Source: an uncultured Gammaproteobacteria bacterium (GTDB lineage Bacteria; Pseudomonadota; Gammaproteobacteria; Chromatiales; Chromatiaceae). Taken from it: a stretch of DNA of 42,519 bases. The first letter of the stretch is position 1. Each line of letters opens with the position of its first letter. This document shows positions 33,223 through 42,246 of this stretch, piece after piece. A program made the position numbers and the translations under genes. Location: assembly GCA_965372385.1 (NCBI GenBank), contig CBDVCD010000001.1, positions 1-42,519 on the forward strand. Direction: 5' to 3'. The notes beneath the pieces are model-generated. The model saw only the letters and a program-made list of their open reading frames with translations, did no database searches and was not told the DNA's origin.

Positions 33223-33440
33223 TCACTTAGGCTGCAGCCAGCCAGTCGGGTAGCGGTTAGCTGCTACGCCTACATGGATGTAGGTGGTAGAGCAACGCAT
33301 GGAGCAATTGCCGAGGCGCGCGAGCGACGTACTAACCGTAGCTAATTCGAGCAAGCGCAACAACTCAGATGACCGCTTCCCGGCTGGCCCGAAGGGAGCT
33401 TCCCAAGGCCAATAGAACAACAACTTGCCTCGCAAATAAA
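33204..33440. repeat. ~240-nt structured intergenic element sharing a core with 28386-28651
   Basis: Long-range stem 33237-33257/33372-33388, hairpin cctacat-gg-atgtagg at 33269-33284, and the shared core at 33368-33406. Confidence 0.55.
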
Positions 33441-33511
33441 TTTCTTATATCATTGCGCGCCTTCCCTTGTTCCAAGGGACAATTTTCAACAGTTTTTCAA
33501 GTGAGTCTGTT

Positions 33512-33715
33512 ATGAAAGCGGATATCCATCCTCGTTACGAGGACGTGAAGATCGTATGCAGTTGCGGTAACGAGTTCGTAACCCGTTCGACACTGGGGAA
33601 AAAAGAGCTCCATGTGGAGGTCTGCTCCTCCTGTCACCCCTTCTATACCGGCAAACAGAAGATCGTGGATACCGCCGGCCGTGTTGATAAGTTCCGTAGG
33701 AAATATCATCGCTGA
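33512..33715 (+). CDS. rpmE: 50S ribosomal protein L31 (zinc-ribbon type)
   Basis: [22 protein letters not shown]...[29 protein letters not shown]. Confidence 0.95.
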   Translation: MKADIHPRYEDVKIVCSCGNEFVTRSTLGKKELHVEVCSSCHPFYTGKQKIVDTAGRVDKFRRKYHR

Positions 33716-33733
33716 TTCAGCCTGCCACTGGCG

Positions 33734-34561
33734 GTGGTCCTGCGCCGCATCGCTCTCACAGTGACCAGCAAAAGAAGATCCACGAAAAAGGCTCCGCTAT
33801 GCGGGGCCTTTTTTCTTTCCGCCATAGCCCATGGCCTCGTAGTACCGACTGTTTCGTTGGCGGAATGCGCTCCGTTCACGGCTGGCGAGCCCGTGAAGGT
33901 ATCCTATATCTATGACGGAGATACGTTTAAACTTGCCGATGGGCGTAAAATCAGGTTGATCGGCATCAATACACCTGAGCTGGGCCATGACGATCGAGCG
34001 GATGAACCAGGGGCAGAGATGGCCAGACAGCAGCTGAAGGCCATCCTGTCAGCCAGCCAAAACCAGGTACGGCTCAAACTGGGCAGAGAACAGCAAGATC
34101 GCTACAAACGCTATCTCGCGCACCCATACAATCTAGCGGGTAAAAATATTACGGAACTGCTCCTGAAGAAAGGTGCGGGCTACGCCATCACAATCCCGCC
34201 CAACCAGCAAAACCTCGCGTGCTACCAGGAAGCGGAAACAACTGCCAGGACCGCCGATCTTGGCGTCTGGAAGAACGGGCCATCCGTCCGGGATGCGAGT
34301 AAGATGGACGCCCAAGTAGAGGGTTTTTATCTCATCCGGGGACAAATTGAACGCATCGGCAAGAGCCGGCGTGCGCTTTGGTTAAACCTCAGGCAGGGTC
34401 CAGCCATCCGGATCGACTGGACCGATTGGGACAACTTCAAGGGGTGGAACCCGGACGATTTTACCGGAAGACGGCTGGAGGCACGCGGATGGATCTATCG
34501 GCGCAAGGGTCAACAGCGCATGCAAGTCAGGCATCCGGCTGCCATTCAATGGCTGGATTAA
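33734..34561 (+). CDS. thermonuclease (staphylococcal-nuclease/SNase-like) family protein; true start probably downstream of 33815
   Basis: VSYIYDGDTFKLADGRKIRLIGINTPE, the ...RYLAH... SNase core, and a C-terminal extension. The track's GTG start lies upstream of the rpmE terminator. Confidence 0.7.
   Translation: MVLRRIALTVTSKRRSTKKAPLCGAFFLSAIAHGLVVPTVSLAECAPFTAGEPVKVSYIYDGDTFKLADGRKIRLIGINTPELGHDDRADEPGAEMARQQLKAILSASQNQVRLKLGREQQDRYKRYLAHPYNLAGKNITELLLKKGAGYAITIPPNQQNLACYQEAETTARTADLGVWKNGPSVRDASKMDAQVEGFYLIRGQIERIGKSRRALWLNLRQGPAIRIDWTDWDNFKGWNPDDFTGRRLEARGWIYRRKGQQRMQVRHPAAIQWLD
33785..33815 (+). terminator. Rho-independent terminator of rpmE
   Basis: aaaaaggctccgc-tat-gcggggccttttttc: an 8-10 bp stem with one G-U pair, then T6. 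Confidence 0.7.
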
Positions 34562-34640
34562 GGCATTAAGCGCAAATGAGCGACTAACCGGATCTCGTTT
34601 TCACCCCTAGCCAAGCGGATTAAAAACTGTAGGAGCAGCC

Positions 34641-35762
34641 ATGGCCAAGCATATCGGAATACTCACCGCGGGCGGGGATAGTCCTGGACTCAACGCCGCA
34701 ATCAGGGCGGTTGGCAAGGCCGCTCTAGGCCATTATGGCATGCAGGTGATCGGGTTTCGCGATGGCTTTCGGGGACTGGTGGATAACCGCATCACCCGCC
34801 TGGATGGCCAGTTGCTCTCCGGCATACTGACCCGTGGGGGCACGATCCTTGGCACCAGCCGGGACAAGCCACACCGCATGCTGTTCAATGGCAAGAAACA
34901 GGATATGACCGATGTCATCGTGCAAAATTATACATCCAATCAGCTGGATGCCCTGGTCTGTCTTGGGGGAGGCGGTACCCAGAAGAATGCATTACAACTC
35001 ATGGAGAAGGGGCTGAATGTCATCACCCTGCCCAAGACCATCGATAATGATGTAGCCATGACGGACACCACCTTCGGTTTCGATACCGCGCTGGGGATCG
35101 CCACGGATGCTATCGACCGGTTGCACAGCACCGCCCACAGCCACCACCGGATCATCGTGGTTGAAATCATGGGCCACCGTGCCGGCTGGCTGGCACTGGG
35201 GGCAGGCATTGCCGGTGGCGCGGATGTCATTCTGCTGCCTGAACTCGGCTACGACATCGAGAGCGTGGCAGCGGCGATAAAAAGCCGGGTACGCAGCGGT
35301 AAGCCATTCAGCATCGTGGCGGTGGCGGAAGGGGCCTTGCCCAAGGATCAGACCCATCTGCTCAAGACCGCACAGGAGCGAAAGGCCACCGCAGTCGAGA
35401 AAAAGGCACGCAAACTCGCCAAGAGCGAGCTGGCGCAATTGGAAGCCGCCAATGCCAATCACACAGTGACTCTCTCACGGCAACTGGAAGAACTGACCGG
35501 CCTGGAATCACGTGTGACCATCCTCGGACACCTGCAACGTGGTGGTACGCCTTCGGCGGCGGACAGGCTTTTAGCGACCCGCCTGGGAACTGCTTGCACA
35601 GACCTGATCCAGGAGGGCCGGTTCGGTGTCATGGTCGCCTCCCAGGGTGAACAGGCGGTGCCCGTTCCATTGACAGAGGTGGCTGGTAATAAAAAACTGG
35701 TGCCGGAAGACCACCCATGGATCCTTAGCGCCAAGCGGCTGGGTACCTCTTTCGGTGATTGA
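34641..35762 (+). CDS. pfk: 6-phosphofructokinase (PFK family; ATP versus PPi dependence not decidable by eye)
   Basis: [43 protein letters not shown]. Confidence 0.85.
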   Translation: MAKHIGILTAGGDSPGLNAAIRAVGKAALGHYGMQVIGFRDGFRGLVDNRITRLDGQLLSGILTRGGTILGTSRDKPHRMLFNGKKQDMTDVIVQNYTSNQLDALVCLGGGGTQKNALQLMEKGLNVITLPKTIDNDVAMTDTTFGFDTALGIATDAIDRLHSTAHSHHRIIVVEIMGHRAGWLALGAGIAGGADVILLPELGYDIESVAAAIKSRVRSGKPFSIVAVAEGALPKDQTHLLKTAQERKATAVEKKARKLAKSELAQLEAANANHTVTLSRQLEELTGLESRVTILGHLQRGGTPSAADRLLATRLGTACTDLIQEGRFGVMVASQGEQAVPVPLTEVAGNKKLVPEDHPWILSAKRLGTSFGD

Positions 35763-35920
35763 GGCGCTTTAAGCTCTGCAATACCTTGAAACCCCCAGAT
35801 TCTGCTATTTTTTGGCTGGATATTGATCGCCATCAATAGTTAAGAGCGGTTTTTGGGTACAGAAAGCCGAATTTTGAGTAACAATATTCCTTTCAGGAAC
35901 ACTACGGAAAAGAAATACTC

Positions 35921-36430
35921 ATGAACAATCAATCCAGTGAAGTACCGTCGATGATCACCAACCGAAAAATGCTCCAGGATTCACCCATTGGCCGTGAATT
36001 GAGTCCTGAACAATGCGACAAACTCGCCGAGGTAGTCGCCGTGCTCTGTCTGAAGGAAGGAGACTATCTGCTGGAAGAGGCACATCAAGACGAAATCTTG
36101 TATGTCATCGTGGATGGGCGACTGGAAGTGGTTAAATGCACCGCACTGGACGATTGTATTACGTTGCAACTACTGCGTCAGGGCGATATGGCGGGAGAAC
36201 TGGGCTTCATCGATGGCCAGCCTCACAGTGCCGGTCTGCGTGCGCTGGGTAACTGCACGGTCTTCAGCCTGGAGCGCAGTGCGCTGGAGGCGTTTCTGAG
36301 CACAGATCCCGATCTGGTCTACAAAGTGATGCGGTCAATCATCCGCACCGTCCATGTCATTCTGCGCAACATGAACCTGCAGCATGTCGAAATGATGAAC
36401 TATATCGGCAAACGGCATGGCCGATACTAG
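35921..36430 (+). CDS. cyclic-nucleotide-binding domain protein
   Basis: cNMP-binding pattern ...GDYLLEEAHQDEILYVIVDGRLEV...GDMAGELGFIDGQPHSAGLRA. Confidence 0.7.
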   Translation: MNNQSSEVPSMITNRKMLQDSPIGRELSPEQCDKLAEVVAVLCLKEGDYLLEEAHQDEILYVIVDGRLEVVKCTALDDCITLQLLRQGDMAGELGFIDGQPHSAGLRALGNCTVFSLERSALEAFLSTDPDLVYKVMRSIIRTVHVILRNMNLQHVEMMNYIGKRHGRY

Positions 36431-36467
36431 AAAAAACATATCCATCGTACCGAAAGTAACTTTTCAG

Positions 36468-36577
36468 CCTCCGTAGGAGCTGCCCGTGGCTGCGATCAGC
36501 GACGATAGTCGCTTTGTGTGAAGATACCGAAAAGGCCGCCACCCTTAGTCGCGGCCATGGGCCGCTCCTACGACGGC
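36468..36577. repeat. 110-bp compound REP-like element, copy 2 (inverted relative to 25939-26049)
   Basis: Starts 38 nt after the stop at 36430. Confidence 0.75.
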
Positions 36578-36667
36578 ATTCTCCGTGTGATGATATGGAC
36601 ATGACATAGGGAGCTGAATGGTTACCGCAATTATTTAAATAACCCCTATTTGATTCAGGAGGAGACG

Positions 36668-37456
36668 ATGAGAAGGTTTCTATTGAGCTGGATCTTGCTC
36701 TGTTTTTCCGCTGGCGCTATTGCTGAGATCGTAGGCAAAGCCGTGGCGTACCAGGCCGGGGGCAAAAACTTTAAGGGCTACCTCGCCTATGATGACGCGA
36801 TTGAAGGCAAGCGCCCGGGCATCCTGGTAGTACATGAGTGGTGGGGGCACAACGAATACGCACGGGAGCGGGCCCGCATGCTGGCGAAGCAAGGCTATAC
36901 CGCCCTGGCAGTGGATATGTATGGCGATGGCAAGCAGGCCAGCCATCCGGATGACGCCGGTCGTTTTGCCGGTGAAGTGAAAAAGAATATGGGCCAGGCA
37001 ACCTTGCGCTTCATTGCCGCCGATAATTTCCTGCAATCACAGCCAAGCGTGGATGCCGCAAAGATCTCCGCCATCGGCTACTGCTTTGGTGGAGGCATCG
37101 TGTTGGAGATGGCGCGGCGTGGCATGGATCTGGACGCAGTTGCCAGTTTCCACGGCAGCTTGGGAACCGAATACCCGGCTAAGGCCGGTACCGTCAGGGC
37201 CGTAGTATTGGTCTATAACGGCGTGGACGACCCCTTCGTCAAGCCGGAGCAGATCGCTGCGTTCAAGGCCGAGATGAACGAGGCGGGAGTGGATTACAGC
37301 TTCATCAACTACCCTGGCGCCAAACACTCATTCACCAATCCAGGCGCTGACGAATTTGGCCAGCAGTTTAACCTCCCACTAGCGTACCACAAGGAGGCGG
37401 ACGAAAAATCGTGGACCTCTCTGCTGGAAGAACTGGACTCTATTTATAGCCACTAA
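36668..37456 (+). CDS. dienelactone hydrolase family protein (secreted)
   Basis: ATG 36668 with AGGAGG upstream. Signal peptide MRRFLLSWILLCFSAGAIA. Also PGILVVHEWWG and the nucleophile-elbow-like GYCFGG. Confidence 0.8.
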   Translation: MRRFLLSWILLCFSAGAIAEIVGKAVAYQAGGKNFKGYLAYDDAIEGKRPGILVVHEWWGHNEYARERARMLAKQGYTALAVDMYGDGKQASHPDDAGRFAGEVKKNMGQATLRFIAADNFLQSQPSVDAAKISAIGYCFGGGIVLEMARRGMDLDAVASFHGSLGTEYPAKAGTVRAVVLVYNGVDDPFVKPEQIAAFKAEMNEAGVDYSFINYPGAKHSFTNPGADEFGQQFNLPLAYHKEADEKSWTSLLEELDSIYSH

Positions 37457-37731
37457 AAAAAGATCCTGGCCCAGGCAAGCAGATAGAGAATCCAGAAGAG
37501 GAGGGCATATGGCCCGGGATGATTCTCGGAGCCATAATCCCTGGCCAATACCTCGGGAAAACCAAAGCCCGCGAAATAGGCAATCATCCGATAGAAGAGG
37601 ATGAGCAGCAGCAAGATAAACAGCACAGAACTCTGCCCCAGGGCCTTGTCGAACTCATCCCTGACGAAGAGATAGATCGCGGTAAAGAGAAAGAGCCCGA
37701 TCGCGACCTTTTGGTGTCTGTCCAGATGCAT
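37453..37731 (-). CDS. small hypothetical membrane protein
   Basis: 92 aa with three hydrophobic segments. No family recognised. Confidence 0.4.
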   Translation of the reverse strand: MHLDRHQKVAIGLFLFTAIYLFVRDEFDKALGQSSVLFILLLLILFYRMIAYFAGFGFPEVLARDYGSENHPGPYALLFWILYLLAWARIFF

Positions 37732-38017
37732 CGATAGACTTATGCTTGGCTAAATTGGTAATCCCACCATTTGAGTCGTCCGGTTGGACGCAAAGCTTAG
37801 TCTCGACACTTCCCTCGATTATGCTGAACTCCACTCAGACCCTCTTGATACTTAAGTATGACCCCTTCGATTTTTTCATATGAAATTAGATGGATATTAA
37901 TCACTTACTTTTTGTAGTAGTATTCTAACCGCTTGCCCTTCTCTTTTTCTTTCCACGGAAATCCAGACCGGTGGGTGCTGAAGAGCATGAACTGGACAAC
38001 GATAAGGGGAAGTCATT

Positions 38018-39350
38018 ATGAGTATACAAAGGTTCAAATCCAGCTGTTTCAAGGGCTTGAGGCAACCACAAGGGCATTCTACTCCAAGCAAATCCATTCG
38101 CTTGCTGCGCCTCAGCTTACTCGTCCTTGCCCTGGGACTGATGGTGTCGCACCTGACTCTGGTCATGGCCAAGAACCAGGACAGCGACAACAGGGGCAAG
38201 CCGGTACCATCCACCAATCCGGTAATATCCACCAATGTCGAGATTTACGATGACGGCGCGAGTGGCACCGGCGGTGATTGCAGCACCGGAACAAATCCGA
38301 TCGGCAGCTGGGACGCCTCCAGCAAGACCTGCACCCTGATCCGGGACGTCGATGCCGCAATCCTCATCCACGACCCCAATAATACACAGTTCGGTGTGAC
38401 ACTCGACGGTGACGAATATGCGGTCAACCTGCCCCAGGATGGCTCGGTCACGATAGAAGGAAGCAATCACACCCTCGAAGATCTGACCATCAATGGATAT
38501 TCTGCGGATGAGTCTTCCGGCGCTGGGGTCTATCTGTCTGATGCCTATTCAGTCACCGTAACTGACATTGAGGTGACGAATACTGTAGTGGGCATCACCT
38601 TTCATGCCTCCATGAACAGCATCGTCAGCGACAGCACCTTTTCCGGGGTTCGAACCGGCGCCAATCTTAATGGCACCTACCACCAGTATTACTGCGAAGA
38701 AGAGGGCTACCTCCCTTACTGTGGGGCCAGCAACAATACCCTTGAGAACAACACCTTCTCGCACAACTCGACTGATCATGATGGTTATGGCATCTATTTA
38801 GGTTTCGCAGCCCGGGACAATACCATCAGGGGCAACACCATCTCCGGTTTCAATTAGGCTATGTCTGCGTTAAGTGTTGGAACAAATCTAACCTCTTGAT
38901 TTTTCACGACCTACCTTTAGTTTGCAATTTACTTTAATTTCAATAAGTTAGTGTCACTTGAAATCGAAATCAACACTTAACGCACACATAGCCTTCAATT
39001 ATGGGGTGTACATACCTGACTGGTATTGTTCCTACATCTATACCAGCTATTCATCCTGTCAGGATGGCAACACTGTCTATCAGAACAGCTTCATAGACAA
39101 TTTCATCGACGACTACACCACCAGTTTCAAAACACAGATCTATGCCGACTGGGGCTACACGACCACCGTCTTCAATCTGGATGCGCCTGACGGCGGCAAC
39201 TACTTCAATGATTTCGATGAGCCGGCCGAGGGCTGCGAAGATGCCAATGGCGATGGTTTCTGTGACATCTGCTATTACGGCAAGAATACCTACGACTGTT
39301 TGCCATGGACAACAGAGGAGGGCTGGTCACCCGAAGATGATGACGATTAG
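38018..39350 (+). pseudogene. right-handed parallel beta-helix (PbH1/NosD-like) repeat protein gene, interrupted by a MITE
   Basis: ORFs 38018-38857 and 38994-39350. Repeats of the form NTxxxNxxxG (LEDLTINGY, VTVTDIEVTNTVVGITF, NNTLENNTFSHN, DNTIRGNTISGFN). Deleting 38857-39001 fuses them as ...ISGFNYGVYIPDW.... Confidence 0.75.
38857..38993. mobile_element. 137-bp MITE (family B) with 23-bp TIRs and an 8-bp TTCAATTA target-site duplication
   Basis: TIR-L ggctatgtctgcgttaagtgttg and TIR-R caacacttaacgcacacatagcc (22/23). TSD copies at 38849-38856 and 38994-39001. AT-rich interior with no ORF. Confidence 0.85.
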
Positions 39351-39374
39351 CACGAGTACTCCTTAAGGTACGAC

Positions 39375-39400
39375 TAATAGTGGTCAACTGAGGATTTTAG
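39375..39400. repeat. solo right end of family A element ('gagg' subtype)
   Basis: taatagtggtcaactgaggattttag followed by gttcaat. It matches the right end at 41713-41731. I found no left end upstream. Confidence 0.55.
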
Positions 39401-39797
39401 GTTCAATGAAGGGTGGGCATTGCCCACTATTACAATGATAGATCGAGAGGTATTGGGTGGGCTGTGCCCAGCCTACTTGATCTATCTGGAATTCAATCAT
39501 AGTGGATTCCAAAAACAGCTCATGAATTTCGTTTTGTGCTGTATTTTATCGCGAAATAAAGCTTCAGGACGCCGCCTGACTCCCACCATTAAACGGTCCC
39601 GCTTGCGCCTAACGGGGTAGGGGCCGCACAATTTTCCGAACGCCACAGCCAGCGATGACATACCGTCCAGGCATAAAAATAACGATTCGTATTCGAAGCT
39701 GTACTCACTCCGCGAACCACTTATTTTTCCGTTTGGACCGCGACATCCGCCCAACTGTGGCCTCACTGCTCTCTGACTGAGACACGGGGTAGACAGG

Positions 39798-40859
39798 ATG
39801 CAGATAACCGGCATGCAATGGGGCGCAAAGCTCCTCAATTATGTGGACTTTCCCACTTCAGAGGTGCTGGGGCCGGAAGCCACCAGTGAACAGAACAAGG
39901 ACCTCATCGACCGCTATGGCATGAGCACCCTGGAGTTGAATCCGATCCGCATGATGCCGAAAAAAGGCCGGCTGATCCCGGTGGCCTGTGACTTCAAGTG
40001 CGCCTTCGACACCGACACCCCGCCTGGAAGCGGCTGGAGCTGCCTGCCAGCCTGGACTCCTCCAACTACTCCGATTTCGAGCTGGAGGTGAACGAACTGC
40101 GCACCTATCAGGGCCAGTCGAATGTGTTCGTCACCAACGAGCTGGGCTCGGTCACCGCCATGACCTTTGGCGGGGGTGCCAACGCCCTGGTCACCGAACT
40201 GCTCGGTGAGGCGGGCAGCATCTCCTCGGATTTCGGCGGCAACCCCCCTTACGAGAAGATGTATGAGATCAGCCGCATCGTCTACAAGCACTGGCTGGAT
40301 CAGAGCAACGTGCTGTTCATCATCGGCGGCAAGGCCAACAACACCGACATCTACACTACCTTCCGAGCGATGGCGGAGGCCCTGCGGGACTACTTCAACA
40401 GCCATGTCTATTCCGGTGGCAACGTGGTGTGCGGCACCATGCCAGGACGCTCCGGTGCGGTGCTGAAGACCGAGCTGGGGGACATCCCGGTCTACAATTC
40501 GGTGGTGGAGGCCCTGGAGGCTGACCACCACTTCAACGTAGCAGTGGTTCATGGAGAAGTTCGGCGTGGACGGCATCTATACGGCCGATAATCCAGTCTG
40601 CTCCACCAAGGGCGCGGTAGTAACCAATATTGCCGATATACCGACCGCCATGACTGCGGTCATGGCGCTGAATCAGGCCACACCCGATTTCGACTCCAGG
40701 GGCGATCTCTCCCTGAAGTGCTGGTTTGCCGATGATCTTGGGGACCTACTACTACCGCCCGAGCTGGATATTCAGCCGGTGCAGGCGGTCTCCCCCTATG
40801 GCGAACAGATCAAACTGGTGAACGATCAGATAGGGGTATCTTCCCCCGCCAAAGCATGA
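39798..40859 (+). pseudogene. ATP-citrate-lyase beta / succinyl-CoA-synthetase-beta-like gene, 5'-truncated with two frameshifts
   Basis: Aligns with my memory of ACLY: STLELNPI..., then FVTNELGSVTAMTFGGGANALVTELLG...DFGGNPPYEKMYEISRIV...LFIIGGKANNTDIYTTFRAMAEALRDYF. Frame changes occur near 40018-40021 (a C4 run) and 40542-40550. The ATP-grasp N-terminal ~200 aa are absent, and frame 0 has a stop at 39774. Confidence 0.7.
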
Positions 40860-42104
40860 AGGATGCCTCAGGCGCCTCCATGATGGACCCAAAGAGCCAG
40901 ATCACCCGCCTGTTCGGGATCAGTGTCCTGGATGTGGCTACCCACTCCTATGAGGATAATCTGGTGCTCTCCCTGATTCGGGAATATCCCGACAGCAACA
41001 GCCGCGCCCTCGCCAACGTCGCGCTGAATGCCTATATCAACCTGCACGACACACCCATGCTCACGGCGGCCTATGCAGCGCGCCAAGCGGGTAACAGCCC
41101 GAATACATCACTCTGCGCCGCCCTGAGCATCATTGGCCCAGGCATGGTGGCGGGTGCTAGAGAGAGCGCCCGGGCAATGCTCGACCTGTTTCGAAAATCC
41201 GGTCTTGCTGACCCGGCGGATGAGGAGTTCGATCTGCAACCCCTGCTCCAGCAAACCCAGGAGGAAGAGGCCATCGCCCATTTCATCGGCAGCGAAGAGG
41301 ATGAACGCGCCAGGATCATGCTCGACGGCACCGCCGCGCGGGGGGCGAACTCTGTGTTCCTGCGTTACCTTCAGCTATTGCAGCAGGAAACCAACAGCTT
41401 CATCAGCGCCGACGCCGTACTGGCGGCGATCTGTTGCCATCTGGCCTGGAAACCTCTGCTGCACAAACGGCTCTCGGTCACCACGCTGTTCAACCTAGAA
41501 ACCTCAGTTGAACACCGTGAAGGGTGCGCTTGTGGTGGTGCAGGGCAAGGCACAACGACGCGGAATAGTTGTTCTATTGCAAGGAGTTGTAACGCAGGCT
41601 TGCGCCGCCACAAGCGTGCCATTCGCAGTGTAGCGTTGCTCACCCAATAGGTGAAACCTTTCGATACTGATAAAAAACTTATTTTTTCAAAGCGATTAAC
41701 GCAGTACATAGCGGTCAACTGAGGATTCTAGGTTCAACATGCCCTGGCATCTGCGCATCTTCTCCGCCGCTTTGGGGGCCTCGGTGCGTAGCGAACGCCA
41801 GACCGAAACCTCTTTTGGTGGAGTTTTGATGGAAGAGCTGGTCAAGGCCCTGGCCAGCTACGGGGTAAGCCGCAACATCTATTGCGTCAACATCGACGCG
41901 GTGATCGCGGTGATCCTGCTGAAGATGTTATGGCGACCCTTCGTGGCGGGTGAGATCGACGAGCAGTTCCTGGAGTATGGCGCCTTCACCACCTTCGTCT
42001 ACGGACGTATGGTGGGCGAGGCGGCGGAGATCGAAGACCACACCAACCGTGGCCACAATATGGATACCCGCACCCCAGCCAGTCAGTGCCGGTTTGTCAA
42101 TTAG
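40856..42104 (+). pseudogene. citrate-synthase-like / citryl-CoA-lyase-like domain gene (ACL C-terminal-domain homologue), interrupted by a MITE
   Basis: ORFs 40856-41650 and 41739-42104. The tail NIYCVNIDAVIAVILLKML...GAFTTFVYGRMVGEAAEIEDH resembles the ACLY/citrate-synthase C-terminus. Removing 41495-41738 gives one 334-codon ORF. The ATGA overlap with the upstream gene suggests coupling. Confidence 0.65.
41495..41731. mobile_element. 237-bp MITE (family A, 'gagg' subtype) with 19-bp TIRs, flanked by direct GTTCAAC copies
   Basis: TIR-L ctagaaacctcagttgaac and TIR-R ggtcaactgaggattctag (17/19). GTTCAAC at 41488-41494 and 41732-41738. There is an internal stem gcgcttgtggtggtgcagg/cttgcgccgccacaagcg. 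Confidence 0.8.
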
Positions 42105-42235
42105 CCTCCCCCCTGACAGGAGGGAGGTATTAAGTGTTTTCTCCCTGACAGAGCGAGGTATTAAGTTCCTCCCCCCTCGGCAGGGGGTGGCAAAAAAGTC
42201 CCTTCCCCCTTGCAGGGGGGAGGTTAGGAGGGGGG
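42105..42235. repeat. tandem array of four ~30-bp C-run/G-run hairpin units (REP/BIME-like)
   Basis: Units: cctcccccctgacaggagggagg, tccctgacagagcgagg, ccccctcggcaggggg, cccccttgcagggggg. The first two are each followed by gtattaagt. Confidence 0.7.
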
Positions 42236-42246
42236 TAATCTTTCAC

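Noticed and set aside
39420-39620. 66-aa plus-strand ORF and the 39497-39838 minus-strand ORF between the beta-helix and ACL-like genes
   Set aside because: They overlap REP-like palindromes and repeat debris. They have no RBS or motif support, and the start is TTG.
42105-42235. Possible CRISPR array
   Set aside because: The units are only ~30 bp with no unique spacers of CRISPR length. Each unit is itself a C-run/G-run hairpin, and there are no cas genes. This is REP/BIME-like instead.
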